A DNA stretch of 64,000 bases from Myxococcota bacterium. Lineage in GTDB: Bacteria > Myxococcota_A > SURF-8. The number at the start of each line of letters is the position of its first letter. Position 1 is the stretch's first letter. Where the stretch lies: contig OZ223209.1 in assembly GCA_965140415.1 (NCBI GenBank), forward strand, positions 2,272,001 through 2,336,000. Reading direction: 5' to 3'. Position numbers and translations under genes: made by a program. Of the stretch, positions 1 through 8,981 are shown one piece after another. The notes under the pieces were generated by a model. The model was not told the origin of the DNA. It saw only the letters and a list, made by a program, of their open reading frames with translations, and searched no databases.

Positions 1-725
1 CGTAATTTGACCGGGACCGCCTGCTTGCCTTTGAGTCCGGGAACGAACTCGGAGTTCTTCACGGCCTTAACGGCGGCTTCATCCAGGCCATAGCCAAGTT
101 TCTTCAAGATGCGTACTTTGACGACGCGTCCCTTTTCATTGATTATTACTTCCAGTTCTACCACACCTTCGATTTCAGCCCGTCGGGCTTGTTCCGGATA
201 AACCGGCACAACGCGGGTTTTGAAACTCGGAACGCGAGATAACTCATATACCGGCACGGGACGCCGGGGTTTTTTCGTAAGTGGTTTGACCTTGTCCGGA
301 TCGACCGGCTTTAGATCCATTTTCTTTTCAAGCGTATTTCCAACTCGAACGGAAACGCCGCTGTCTTTACTGCCCAAAGAATCCTTTGTTACACCGAAGA
401 TTTCCTGCGGTGGTTCGGGAGGCGGCTCTTTTGGGGGCGGTGGAGGCGTTTTTACATTCGGTTTGGGTGGCTCCGGTGGCTTGGGTTTCGGTTTGGGTTT
501 AGGTTTCGGCTTTGGTTTCGGTTTCGGGGCTTCCTTTTTGGGAGGTTCCGGCTTGGGTTGCGGCTTCACCTGCTGAATCATCACGTGAATCGGCTTGTAG
601 CTCTTCTTGTTGTTGGCGAAGAACTTGGTGCTGGATTCGTAGAACCCGAAATGGAGCAAGGCCGATAGAATAATCGGAATCCAAATGAAGCGGCTTTTTT
701 GCTTCTCTTTACTAACCTGAAGCAT
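1..725 (-). CDS. tonB: TonB-family energy transducer (3' end runs off the window)
   Basis: Not in the ORF track; translated by hand. ATG at 725 with GAGG upstream gives MLQVSKEKQKSRFIWIPIILSALLHFGF (TM helix with SxxxH), a PK/PE-rich linker, then a TonB C-terminal domain (PVYPEQARRAEIEGVVELEVIINEKGRV...GYGLDEAAVKAV). Confidence 0.9.
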   Translation of the reverse strand, partial: MLQVSKEKQKSRFIWIPIILSALLHFGFYESSTKFFANNKKSYKPIHVMIQQVKPQPKPEPPKKEAPKPKPKPKPKPKPKPKPPEPPKPNVKTPPPPPKEPPPEPPQEIFGVTKDSLGSKDSGVSVRVGNTLEKKMDLKPVDPDKVKPLTKKPRRPVPVYELSRVPSFKTRVVPVYPEQARRAEIEGVVELEVIINEKGRVVKVRILKKLGYGLDEAAVKAVKNSEFVPGLKGKQAVPVKL

Positions 726-956
726 GTTTCATCCTCATTACGCCAGAATGTCTCCCCAATCCTTACCCGTTTCCGTGGCAAACGTTGTACCACGATTCGA
801 AAATTCCCACAATGCCTGTATGAAGAATTTCGATCTCGAGATTATACGAATCTTCTCGATAAAGCGAACGAAATCATTGGCATGCCGGAATCTGCTATGT
901 TACACTTCAACGTCCATATTTCGTCAATGGTCCAATTTACAGCGGATACCTCAGCC

Positions 957-1676
957 ATGATTGCCACATACATTTTAGATCTTAAAATCCCACGTTTATT
1001 CCTGTGTTTATGTTTACTCCTGTCGTCTGCGATAATACTTGCCGGATGTACGAAGTACGATGAAGATCCGACTGTCAATGGCGATCTGGATGCCATCGAA
1101 AGCGATGGACCGGCTTCCGATTCCGATATGGAACTGGAAACAACCGACGGGGATACGTCAGAAGTCGGAGATCAGGATTTCGATCTTCCTCTCGATTTCC
1201 CTGTTGGTCCCTATGGCGTGACGGTTGGCGATACGATCAGCAATTTCCAATTGCAGGATTGTGATGGAAACGAAGTTCAGTTAAAGGACTACTTTGGTTC
1301 GGCCAAGGTGATTCTGATCAACAAGGTCGCGGGATGGTGTACGGTTTGCCGACGCGAGATTCCCTTGCTGCAAGAGTGGTATGCCGATCTGCACGAGGAC
1401 GGCTTCGAGTTGTTGCAGCCCGTGATAGAAAAGAGCATTCCAGGGCAACCAGCCGATGTGGAGTTTTGCCGCAGTTGGCGGGAGCGCTACGAGATCGAAT
1501 TCCCGGTGCTGGTCGATCCGGACAATATCTTTTTAGGATATCACAAGGACGTTACCCAGCCGGGAACGCCATTGAACATTCTGCTGGATCGGAACATGCG
1601 TATCGTCCTGATTCAGGAGGGGGATGTTCCCGAGTCGATCAAGGACCGCATCGTTACCTTACTGGAAGACGATTGA
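957..1676 (+). CDS. Redoxin (TlpA/peroxiredoxin-like) lipoprotein with acidic linker
   Basis: Lipobox ILAGC, Asp-rich linker, GWCTVC CxxC, FPVLVD and GTP cis-Pro motif. ATG 957 preferred over the 699 ORF start. Confidence 0.8.
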   Translation: MIATYILDLKIPRLFLCLCLLLSSAIILAGCTKYDEDPTVNGDLDAIESDGPASDSDMELETTDGDTSEVGDQDFDLPLDFPVGPYGVTVGDTISNFQLQDCDGNEVQLKDYFGSAKVILINKVAGWCTVCRREIPLLQEWYADLHEDGFELLQPVIEKSIPGQPADVEFCRSWRERYEIEFPVLVDPDNIFLGYHKDVTQPGTPLNILLDRNMRIVLIQEGDVPESIKDRIVTLLEDD

Positions 1677-1703
1677 ACATAAAGTAACATGGGAAGGGTT
1701 CCG

Positions 1704-2294
1704 ATGAAACTCATTAAAAAGTATGCTGTTTCTTGTGGCTGTACTTTATTTGCTCTGCTTTTGCTGATTTCGCTTGTTTCCTGTGCGACCGGCAAAACCG
1801 ACCAGAAGGCAGACACGCAACCGGACAGCCCAAAGGACTCTGTCAAGGTGGAATTCCTGGATAAACCCGTTCCTGCGGATGGGTTTACCTTGCGCAGCAT
1901 GGATGGCGGCATGGTTTCTCTGGAGGATTACCGGGGAAAGGTCGTGTGGGTCAGTTTCTGGGCGACCTGGTGTCATTCCTGTAAGGCGGAAATGGCCGAA
2001 ATGAACAAAGTTCGCCAGCGCCTGAAAGAAAAAGGCTTCGAAGTTCTGGCTGTCAATGTCGATACTGCCGATTTGCAGAATTACGCCATGGGAATCGCGC
2101 GTTCCCTCAAGGTTTCGTTTCCCGTTCTGTTCGATTCGGACAGCCGGGTGGTGGCAAGCTACAACCCGAGCATGGAGTTGCCATATTCGGTCCTGGTCGA
2201 TCGTCAGGGTCGTAAACGTTTTATCCAGCGTGGTTATCTGCCTGGTGATGAAAAACGAATCGAAAACGCCATCTTGGAAATCCTGGGTGAATAG
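1704..2294 (+). CDS. TlpA-family thiol-disulfide oxidoreductase lipoprotein
   Basis: Lipobox LVSC; FWATWCHSC; FPVLFD; LPYSVLVDRQG. Confidence 0.9.
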   Translation: MKLIKKYAVSCGCTLFALLLLISLVSCATGKTDQKADTQPDSPKDSVKVEFLDKPVPADGFTLRSMDGGMVSLEDYRGKVVWVSFWATWCHSCKAEMAEMNKVRQRLKEKGFEVLAVNVDTADLQNYAMGIARSLKVSFPVLFDSDSRVVASYNPSMELPYSVLVDRQGRKRFIQRGYLPGDEKRIENAILEILGE

Positions 2295-2297
2295 CAG

Positions 2298-4031
2298 ATG
2301 CAACGTTTTCTTCTATCCGGATTCTTGCTGGTCTGTTTGATGTGGACCGGTGCGGTGCAGGCGGTTACTCTGACCGAAATCGATGAAAAACCGTTGGAAC
2401 TGCGCATCGAGAATACGTTTTATGTGGAATGGCACAACGATCACGAATTCGGTACCGACGCGGCAGTGCAGTCGGATGATTACGTCAAACTGATGGATGA
2501 ACTGGTGCTCGATTTGAAATACGATCGTTTTCTGATCGGAGCCAGGCTGGAAGCCTACTATTACCCGGATCACCTTTATTACAGGCGGGAGATAGCCACT
2601 CCCGATGGCACCTCAGTGTTGTACGAAGAGCGCAAATCCAAGCATCTCTTCAATCCGCAGAGGCTCTATTTCGTGTTCGATTCCGGTCGTTTCCGGGTAG
2701 ATGTCGGTGATTATTATGCGACCTTCGGGCGCGGACTGGCGTTATCGATGCGCAAGGAAGGAACCGGCGAACTGGACAATTCCCTGCGAGGCGTCAAGTT
2801 CGAACTGCGGCAGAAAAACACCAGTTTTACGATGCTGGCTGGATTCACCAACACGCTCAATACCGATCCCTATAGCGAATCGTATCAAAGCGATCCGAAC
2901 GATTTCATCGCCGGTGTTCGTGCCGAGCAGCGTATCCTCGACACGATGATCCTGGGCGCACACGCAGTCGACGCTCATTTCGGCATGTTGGAAAAAAGCG
3001 ACAAGCAGCGCTTCATCCCGGAAAAGCAGACTTCCATTGTGGGAGGCTCTATAGAGTTTCCCAGTATTTTAGGTTACCTTTCGTTGTATTTCGAAGGTAA
3101 CTACATGGGACGCACGGGGCGGCGGTTAACCGAAGATCTGGAGGATTTCGAGACCGTTTCCGATTCCGGTCATGGATTGTATGCCAGCTTGAACCTTTAT
3201 ATCGAAAACTTCACCTTTACCGCCGAATACAAACGCTATCGCGATTTTGTGTTTCGTCGGGGGCGAACGGTGTTGGGATATGCCCTGCAACCGGGAGAAG
3301 AGGAACCGGAAGACCTGCTGTTCTTCGAGGACATCTGGTACAACAATGTTCCGACTCTGGAGCGTACGGACTTGGAAACCACACGCGAATACGGGAATGA
3401 TTCCGGTTTTCGTCTGCGTGCTGAATACAATGTGTTCGAAACCGGAACGCGTCCCTACGTAGCGTTTTATTTCGATTACAACAAGTCCGCCAATCAGGGT
3501 TCCAGTACGCTGGGTGGCTTCGAGCAGGCGCAGGCCGGGTGGGGGGATCGCATCTGGCATGTGTACGGCGGTCTGACCCAGATGATCGGCGCGGCGGAAG
3601 TGTATATCGATGGTGGCTGGCGCGACGAGCAGGGCGAGGAGCGGTACCAACTCGCACATGCCAAAGCCGGGGCGGCCATCCCGTTAGTTGGCGCTCATTC
3701 CATCAATCTGGAAGGCTCCTTTATGCAAAAGGACTACCAGTTCATCCCGAAATTGGAGCGCGACGTTGATGCAACGTTTGGGTATACCTTCCAGGGTTAT
3801 TTCAGTGTCAGTCTGTTTTATACGATGCAGCAGTTGGACGTGTTGCCCAGTGCCGGAGAAGATGAATTCCTGCATTTCGTAGCCGCCGAAATCGCCTCGC
3901 GCTTTTCCGATCGGATCGTTGTTTCCGTTTTCGGTGGGCAGGTACGAGAAAGCTATCGCTGTTATGGCGGCTTTTGCCGGTTGGTTCCGGCATTCGAAGG
4001 CGTAAAAGCCAAGTTGACATTGCGCTTCTAA
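2298..4031 (+). CDS. DUF6029-like outer-membrane beta-barrel protein
   Basis: Signal peptide; GDYYATFGRGLAL and EYKRY motifs; C-terminal CYGGFCRLVPAFEG; terminal Phe as in a BAM beta-signal. Confidence 0.7.
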   Translation: MQRFLLSGFLLVCLMWTGAVQAVTLTEIDEKPLELRIENTFYVEWHNDHEFGTDAAVQSDDYVKLMDELVLDLKYDRFLIGARLEAYYYPDHLYYRREIATPDGTSVLYEERKSKHLFNPQRLYFVFDSGRFRVDVGDYYATFGRGLALSMRKEGTGELDNSLRGVKFELRQKNTSFTMLAGFTNTLNTDPYSESYQSDPNDFIAGVRAEQRILDTMILGAHAVDAHFGMLEKSDKQRFIPEKQTSIVGGSIEFPSILGYLSLYFEGNYMGRTGRRLTEDLEDFETVSDSGHGLYASLNLYIENFTFTAEYKRYRDFVFRRGRTVLGYALQPGEEEPEDLLFFEDIWYNNVPTLERTDLETTREYGNDSGFRLRAEYNVFETGTRPYVAFYFDYNKSANQGSSTLGGFEQAQAGWGDRIWHVYGGLTQMIGAAEVYIDGGWRDEQGEERYQLAHAKAGAAIPLVGAHSINLEGSFMQKDYQFIPKLERDVDATFGYTFQGYFSVSLFYTMQQLDVLPSAGEDEFLHFVAAEIASRFSDRIVVSVFGGQVRESYRCYGGFCRLVPAFEGVKAKLTLRF

Positions 4032-4165
4032 GCGTTTCTTCGATCATTTCCTTGTTTCGGATCGGAAAAAACCTTGAGATTCCGGCGGCAAGGGGTAGAA
4101 TACCCGAGTATCCGGTAGTTGATGTATGTTGTCGGGAAAGAAAACCGTAGACAAGTTGTGGAGGA

Positions 4166-6040
4166 GTGTCCGTGATTGATTGCCCGCGCTGTGGCCGCGA
4201 AAATCAGGATGACGCCCGTTTTTGTGTGGGTTGTGGAGAAAACCTCGCTTCCGTATCCAAAAAACAGCGGGAGAAAAAAGACACTTACCTGGGCCAGGTG
4301 CTCGATGGGAAGTATCTCATCTTGGAGCATTTGGGCGATGGCGGTATGGGTAAGGTGTACAAAGCCGAGCAGCTTTCTCTGAATAAAATCGTGGCTGTAA
4401 AAATTCTGTTGAAAAGCCTGCTGCAAAACGAAACGCAGGTCAAGCGTTTCCAGCGTGAAGCTTGGTCTGCCTCGCGTCTGGATCACCCTCACTCCATCGG
4501 CATCATCGACTTTGGAACCACCGAAGACGAAAGCCAGTTCATTGTAATGGAGTACCTGGAAGGGCGCGAACTGACCGATGTCATTACGGAAGACTTCCCG
4601 TTGCAACCGGATCGAATCGTCAAGATTCTGGGCCAGGTGCTTTCCGTGTTGCATGAAGCTCACCAGAATAAAATCATTCATCGGGATTTGAAACCCGATA
4701 ACATCATGCTTATCCAGCGCGCCGAAGAAGAGGACTACGTCAAGGTGCTGGATTTCGGTATCGCCAAATTGCAGGAACGCGATCCCAATCAACCGGCATT
4801 GACGATGCAGGGGATTGTTTGCGGAACGCCGGAGTATATGTCCCCCGAACAGGCGATGGGCAAAGAGCTGGATGTCCGCACGGACATCTATTCGGCGGGT
4901 TGCATTCTCTACGAAATGCTGACACGGCATGTTCCCTTTGAAGCGAATAATTACCAGGCCATTTTAGGAATGCACATTCGGGAAACTCCCCGCAGACCTT
5001 CCGAGGCCTGGCCGAATTGCGAAATTCCGTTGAAGCTGGAAGAAGTTGCGCTGATCGCCATGCAGAAAGAGCGCGATTTGCGTTTCCCCGATGCGCTGGC
5101 GATGAAACGGGCATTGGAATTGGCGCTGCATGAACCGGACCCGGAAATGATGCAGCCGCCTGTGCGCGCCGTCAATCAGGGTGGTAAGACCATGTTGATG
5201 GGTGCCGATACTGCGGAGAAAGCCGGGTATGGTCCTACTCAGGTAGATCCACCGGAAGTCGCTGCGGAAGCGGTGGAAATGCCTCCTCCTTCGCCTATCG
5301 TTCACACGACGTTGGAGCAGATGTCCGCAAGCAAGGAGCCTGCTGCTACGACTCCACCCAAAGCGACTCCCAAGCCAACACCGAAAGCGACGCCGGTTTC
5401 CATTCCGACAGAAGACTTTGCCGTTCCCGGTTCGGGAAAAGGCAAGATGATTGCGGTTACCCTTGTATTGCTGATCGCGACGGTGGCCGGACTTTACATG
5501 ATTTTCGGGATGAAACCGGAAAGCGAAGAACCTGCTCAACTTGCGGATGCCAAGCCGGAAAAGCAAGTGGAAGCCAAGGAAACCGGGTTGGTTACGAAAA
5601 CGGCGGAAGAACTGGCTGCCGAAGCGGAAAAACAGGAACAGCAAAAAGAGATAGAAGCAAAAACAGAAACATCTCCTTCCGGCAAGGATAAAGCGGATGC
5701 TGAAACTATAGCTGCAAAGACAGAAGACAAGCCGGAGAAAAAACAGCGTACGGATCGTAAAAAGCGACTGACCGCAATTGAAAAGCAAAAATTGTCGATG
5801 GAGTATTACGAACGCGGCAACAAGGCGTTTGGCGCAGGAAATGTCGAGTCCGCGATTCGCAACTATTCGCTAGCCAAAAAATACAATCCAAAATCTTCCA
5901 GGGTATATAAAAAGCTTGGAATGGCTTACCTGAAGCAGGGGGACAAACGAAAAGCCAGAAACAATTTCAAGAAATATCTGGATTTGTCACCCAAGGCAAA
6001 AGACGCCCAGCGCATCCGTGAACTGTATCAGTCCTTATGA
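4166..6040 (+). CDS. Ser/Thr protein kinase: N-terminal Zn ribbon, TM helix, C-terminal TPR
   Basis: CPRC..CVGC; GDGGMGKV, VAVK, HRDLKPDN, DFG, GTPEYMSPE; Pro-rich linker; TM segment; TPR helices. Confidence 0.93.
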   Translation: MSVIDCPRCGRENQDDARFCVGCGENLASVSKKQREKKDTYLGQVLDGKYLILEHLGDGGMGKVYKAEQLSLNKIVAVKILLKSLLQNETQVKRFQREAWSASRLDHPHSIGIIDFGTTEDESQFIVMEYLEGRELTDVITEDFPLQPDRIVKILGQVLSVLHEAHQNKIIHRDLKPDNIMLIQRAEEEDYVKVLDFGIAKLQERDPNQPALTMQGIVCGTPEYMSPEQAMGKELDVRTDIYSAGCILYEMLTRHVPFEANNYQAILGMHIRETPRRPSEAWPNCEIPLKLEEVALIAMQKERDLRFPDALAMKRALELALHEPDPEMMQPPVRAVNQGGKTMLMGADTAEKAGYGPTQVDPPEVAAEAVEMPPPSPIVHTTLEQMSASKEPAATTPPKATPKPTPKATPVSIPTEDFAVPGSGKGKMIAVTLVLLIATVAGLYMIFGMKPESEEPAQLADAKPEKQVEAKETGLVTKTAEELAAEAEKQEQQKEIEAKTETSPSGKDKADAETIAAKTEDKPEKKQRTDRKKRLTAIEKQKLSMEYYERGNKAFGAGNVESAIRNYSLAKKYNPKSSRVYKKLGMAYLKQGDKRKARNNFKKYLDLSPKAKDAQRIRELYQSL

Positions 6041-6916
6041 TCCACGCCGGAGTACCCGTGTCCAAAGAAGCGTAATCACTGCGGTTGTCATCGCTCCTAA
6101 AAACAAGAACGACAGTGCCAGAGCCATGATGGTGTGAAGGATCAGTGTCCAGCCGGTCAGATCGGGAATGGACAGAGCCGTCACCCGGTTCAAGGCGGTC
6201 ACCGTGAACATTGTCAGGAACAATGCGGCTGCCAATATCAGTGCCGGTCCCCAGAACCCTTCGAAATCGCTTTTGGAAGGAGACAAGTGAACCGCAAGTG
6301 AAATCATCGAAACCAAGTACAGCCAGAACGACCATTCTCCCAGGTTATCTTTGTTTAACAGCACTTCATAAAACTGCTGAAAGTAATGGAACCATGCTTT
6401 ACCCAGTTCATTAAGCCCGGCGGCACTGGAGACGGTTGACCAGTTTGCCAGCGGTAACTGGTCCGGCTTCATGAGAAACTGGGGATAGAAATGGGAGGTC
6501 AGCAGGTAAATTGCCAGCGATCCTCCGAAAAACGGGGCTAGACTGATTAACGTGTTGCCGATCACTCGCTGATAGAAGCTGCCGGTATTATAACTGTGTT
6601 TCACATATCCCAGCGATCCGGTTTTGTGATCCGGCTTGAACAGGGCGAAGTCTTCGATCCGGTTGCGCCCCAGCCAGCAGCCGATGACGTGGGAGAATTC
6701 ATGGACGGGCGTTCCCAGCCAGGCCAGCGCCAACACGCCGCGCCAACCAAAGGAAAGATAGAGTTGACGATTCATCCAGCGACCGATGAAAAGCAGCACA
6801 AGGCACAAAATAACAACTGGAAGCACCGTAGAACCCAGAAACAACAAGGTGTTCCCAACTGATTCGGAGAAAAGCGGAAGCAGGGTGTCCGGAAGACTGG
6901 AAAGAAAAGTCGGCAT
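6035..6916 (-). CDS. Polytopic membrane protein with HExxH (putative M50-like/zincin metallopeptidase)
   Basis: GTPVHEFSHVIGC, LGYVKHSY, ISLAPFF and HLSPSKSD motifs; several TM segments. Confidence 0.65.
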   Translation of the reverse strand: MPTFLSSLPDTLLPLFSESVGNTLLFLGSTVLPVVILCLVLLFIGRWMNRQLYLSFGWRGVLALAWLGTPVHEFSHVIGCWLGRNRIEDFALFKPDHKTGSLGYVKHSYNTGSFYQRVIGNTLISLAPFFGGSLAIYLLTSHFYPQFLMKPDQLPLANWSTVSSAAGLNELGKAWFHYFQQFYEVLLNKDNLGEWSFWLYLVSMISLAVHLSPSKSDFEGFWGPALILAAALFLTMFTVTALNRVTALSIPDLTGWTLILHTIMALALSFLFLGAMTTAVITLLWTRVLRRGS

Positions 6917-7033
6917 GGTGGTTTCGGCTTTATTCCCTCCGTTAGCAATGATCCTGAGTGCAAATCCTGCTAAAGCTTAGCGCAAGCGGAATGCGCTGGC
7001 TAGTCTTTTTCATAGGTACTGTTGAGATGAAAA

Positions 7034-7954
7034 TCAGCAGAACCGGAAGGTGGATTCCTGGGTGTAGCCGTTTTCCAACCCAAACTCATCCAGCCAGTCC
7101 AAGGCGCGTTCGTATTCTTCCTCTGTGATCTGGCGATTCATTCCCTCGATTTTCGTGGCTTTGTGCGCCGGGAAATACTGCGCCATCAAACTAAGAGTCG
7201 TTTCTTTGGATAGTTCCGTTGCAATGAACTTGAGCACCTCCCGGGTGCCGCTTTGATCATCGGGCAGTACCAGGTGCCGCACGATCATGCCCCGCGTTGC
7301 AAGGCCGTCTTCGTTTTGTTCGAGAAGGCCAACCTGTCGATGCATTTCCTGCACCGCTTTGCGGGCGATGTCCCAGTAGCCGGGGGCGGCGCTTAATCGC
7401 TTGGAGTGGACATCGCTGCTGTATTTGATATCGGGCAGGTAGATGTCCACAATGCCTTCCAGTTGACATAGGGTTTCCACTCGCTCATAGGCGTTGGAAT
7501 TCCATACGATCGGGATCGTCAACCCTTCCTTGGATGCAAGGTGAATGGCACGGACGATGGCGGCGGTGTAATGCGTTGGAGATACGAAATTGATGTTATG
7601 GGCTCCGCGCTTCTGCAAGGCCAGCATCATGGTCGCCAGGCCCTCTTCATCCGTTGCTTTGCCATTACCCAGTTGGCTGATCGGGTAGTTCTGGCAAAAC
7701 ACACAGCGCAGGTTGCAGTAAGTCAGAAAGATCGTTCCCGAGCCATTGGCGCCGGTAATCGGAGGTTCTTCTCCGAAGTGAAGGTTGTGTGAAGATACGA
7801 ACAATGATCTGGGTGCGCGACAGACTCCCAGTTTCTCGATCCGGTCTACATGGCACAGGCGTGGACAGATCTCGCAGTTGCGCTCCAACTCTTGCAAGGC
7901 TTGTAACTTCGATTGCCATTCTGTTTCGCTGAGCTTACGGTGCGAGGCTGTCAT
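7034..7954 (-). CDS. Radical SAM protein, PflX-like
   Basis: CNLRCVFC; N-terminal CEICPRLC..C; HFGEEPPITG, HNINFVSPTH, DIYLPDIKY, VRHLVLP, MAQYFP. Start taken at ATG 7954. Confidence 0.88.
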   Translation of the reverse strand: MTASHRKLSETEWQSKLQALQELERNCEICPRLCHVDRIEKLGVCRAPRSLFVSSHNLHFGEEPPITGANGSGTIFLTYCNLRCVFCQNYPISQLGNGKATDEEGLATMMLALQKRGAHNINFVSPTHYTAAIVRAIHLASKEGLTIPIVWNSNAYERVETLCQLEGIVDIYLPDIKYSSDVHSKRLSAAPGYWDIARKAVQEMHRQVGLLEQNEDGLATRGMIVRHLVLPDDQSGTREVLKFIATELSKETTLSLMAQYFPAHKATKIEGMNRQITEEEYERALDWLDEFGLENGYTQESTFRFC

Positions 7955-8597
7955 GGTGGTTGTTCTGGAGATGCTCGTCGTTGTAAATGCGCTTTGGATC
8001 GACATGTCCATAGCGCTGGGAATCCATCCAGCATTTCTGTAATTTAAGGAAAACCGGGCGGAAATCTTCCGTAACTTCCTTGCGTAGCAACTTGAAGGTT
8101 TTTCGAATGAATTTCGATGCTTGTGCAGGATGATGCACGAAGGCCTGCATAAAGTGGATTTTATCGTTCTTTGCAAACAGGCGTGCTTCGAAAAGGCTGC
8201 CTTTGGTTAAGGCGACCAAGGTTCTTCGTTCGGTGACGGTATACTGGCTCTGGTCGCACAGATCACGTAATACAACCTGATTCAATTTCGGTTTGATGCG
8301 GCGCACTTCGAACATGCCATGAATCGGCTGGCTGAATGCCTTAAGGGTTTCCATATCCATTTCGCTAGGCTCGGAACCAAGCGTTTGCCGGTAATAGTCG
8401 ATGGCGGAGGGATTTTCCCTGAACGGTCGATCGAAGAGAAACCATTCCAGATAGTTCGTTACTCGATCTTCATAAAAAGCGTCATCTTCGAAAATTTCAC
8501 CGGTTTGCAGGAAGAAATCCTTGCGGGCCAGTTGAAGTTCTTCTGGAAAGCGTTCGTTGAAGAAACTGATAATGGATTCGAAATATTCCTGGTACAC
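7935..8597 (-). CDS. Hypothetical protein
   Basis: 220-aa ORF with protein-like composition (YLEWFLFDRP). Overlaps the radical SAM start by 20 bp, so probably cotranscribed. Confidence 0.75.
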   Translation of the reverse strand: MYQEYFESIISFFNERFPEELQLARKDFFLQTGEIFEDDAFYEDRVTNYLEWFLFDRPFRENPSAIDYYRQTLGSEPSEMDMETLKAFSQPIHGMFEVRRIKPKLNQVVLRDLCDQSQYTVTERRTLVALTKGSLFEARLFAKNDKIHFMQAFVHHPAQASKFIRKTFKLLRKEVTEDFRPVFLKLQKCWMDSQRYGHVDPKRIYNDEHLQNNHHDSLAP

Positions 8598-8915
8598 GGT
8601 GTATCACCTATTCCCACGTTGCAACGGGGCAGGATGTTAATGAATATAATGAATGAATGCAAGCGAAATTGAACTCATCGAAGCATGAAAGTGCTCTATT
8701 TTGTGTGCAAAATTGGGTACTGGAATGAATCTTCCAGAAATAATAAGGGATTACGTTAAATCTTCCCGGAAAACGTGTAATGAAAATGGTTGTTGACAAC
8801 AAATGGAAGGAATGATACCAGATCTCTGCCTCTCCTATGACTATGTAGGGCAGGTTTTTCTGTTTGGTGGCTTTGGGAGCAGAATTGGCGGAACTTTAAA
8901 AGAAAGATCATTTGA

Positions 8916-8944
8916 TTGACCCGACTGAGGCATACTGGTACCCT
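8916..8944 (+). promoter_or_regulatory. Putative sigma70 promoter of the mltF-like gene
   Basis: TTGACC-17 bp-TACCCT with an extended -10 TG, about 40 bp before the start at 8982. Confidence 0.4.
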
Positions 8945-8981
8945 GAAATGGGTGGATGGGGCGATTAAGGACAGATAATAC

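Noticed and set aside
220..793. Short ORFs 220-576, 499-684 and 581-793
   Set aside because: Shadows of the tonB frame (start 725).
699..956. N-terminal extension of the redoxin ORF
   Set aside because: It overlaps the tonB start and buries the lipoprotein signal; more likely the divergent promoter region.
4028..5788. Long antisense ORFs (4028-4930, 4964-5788) and similar ones across the window
   Set aside because: Antisense shadows of well-supported genes with no motifs of their own.
7955..8176. Extended start of the radical SAM ORF
   Set aside because: It lies inside the upstream gene; family-like sequence begins near 7954.
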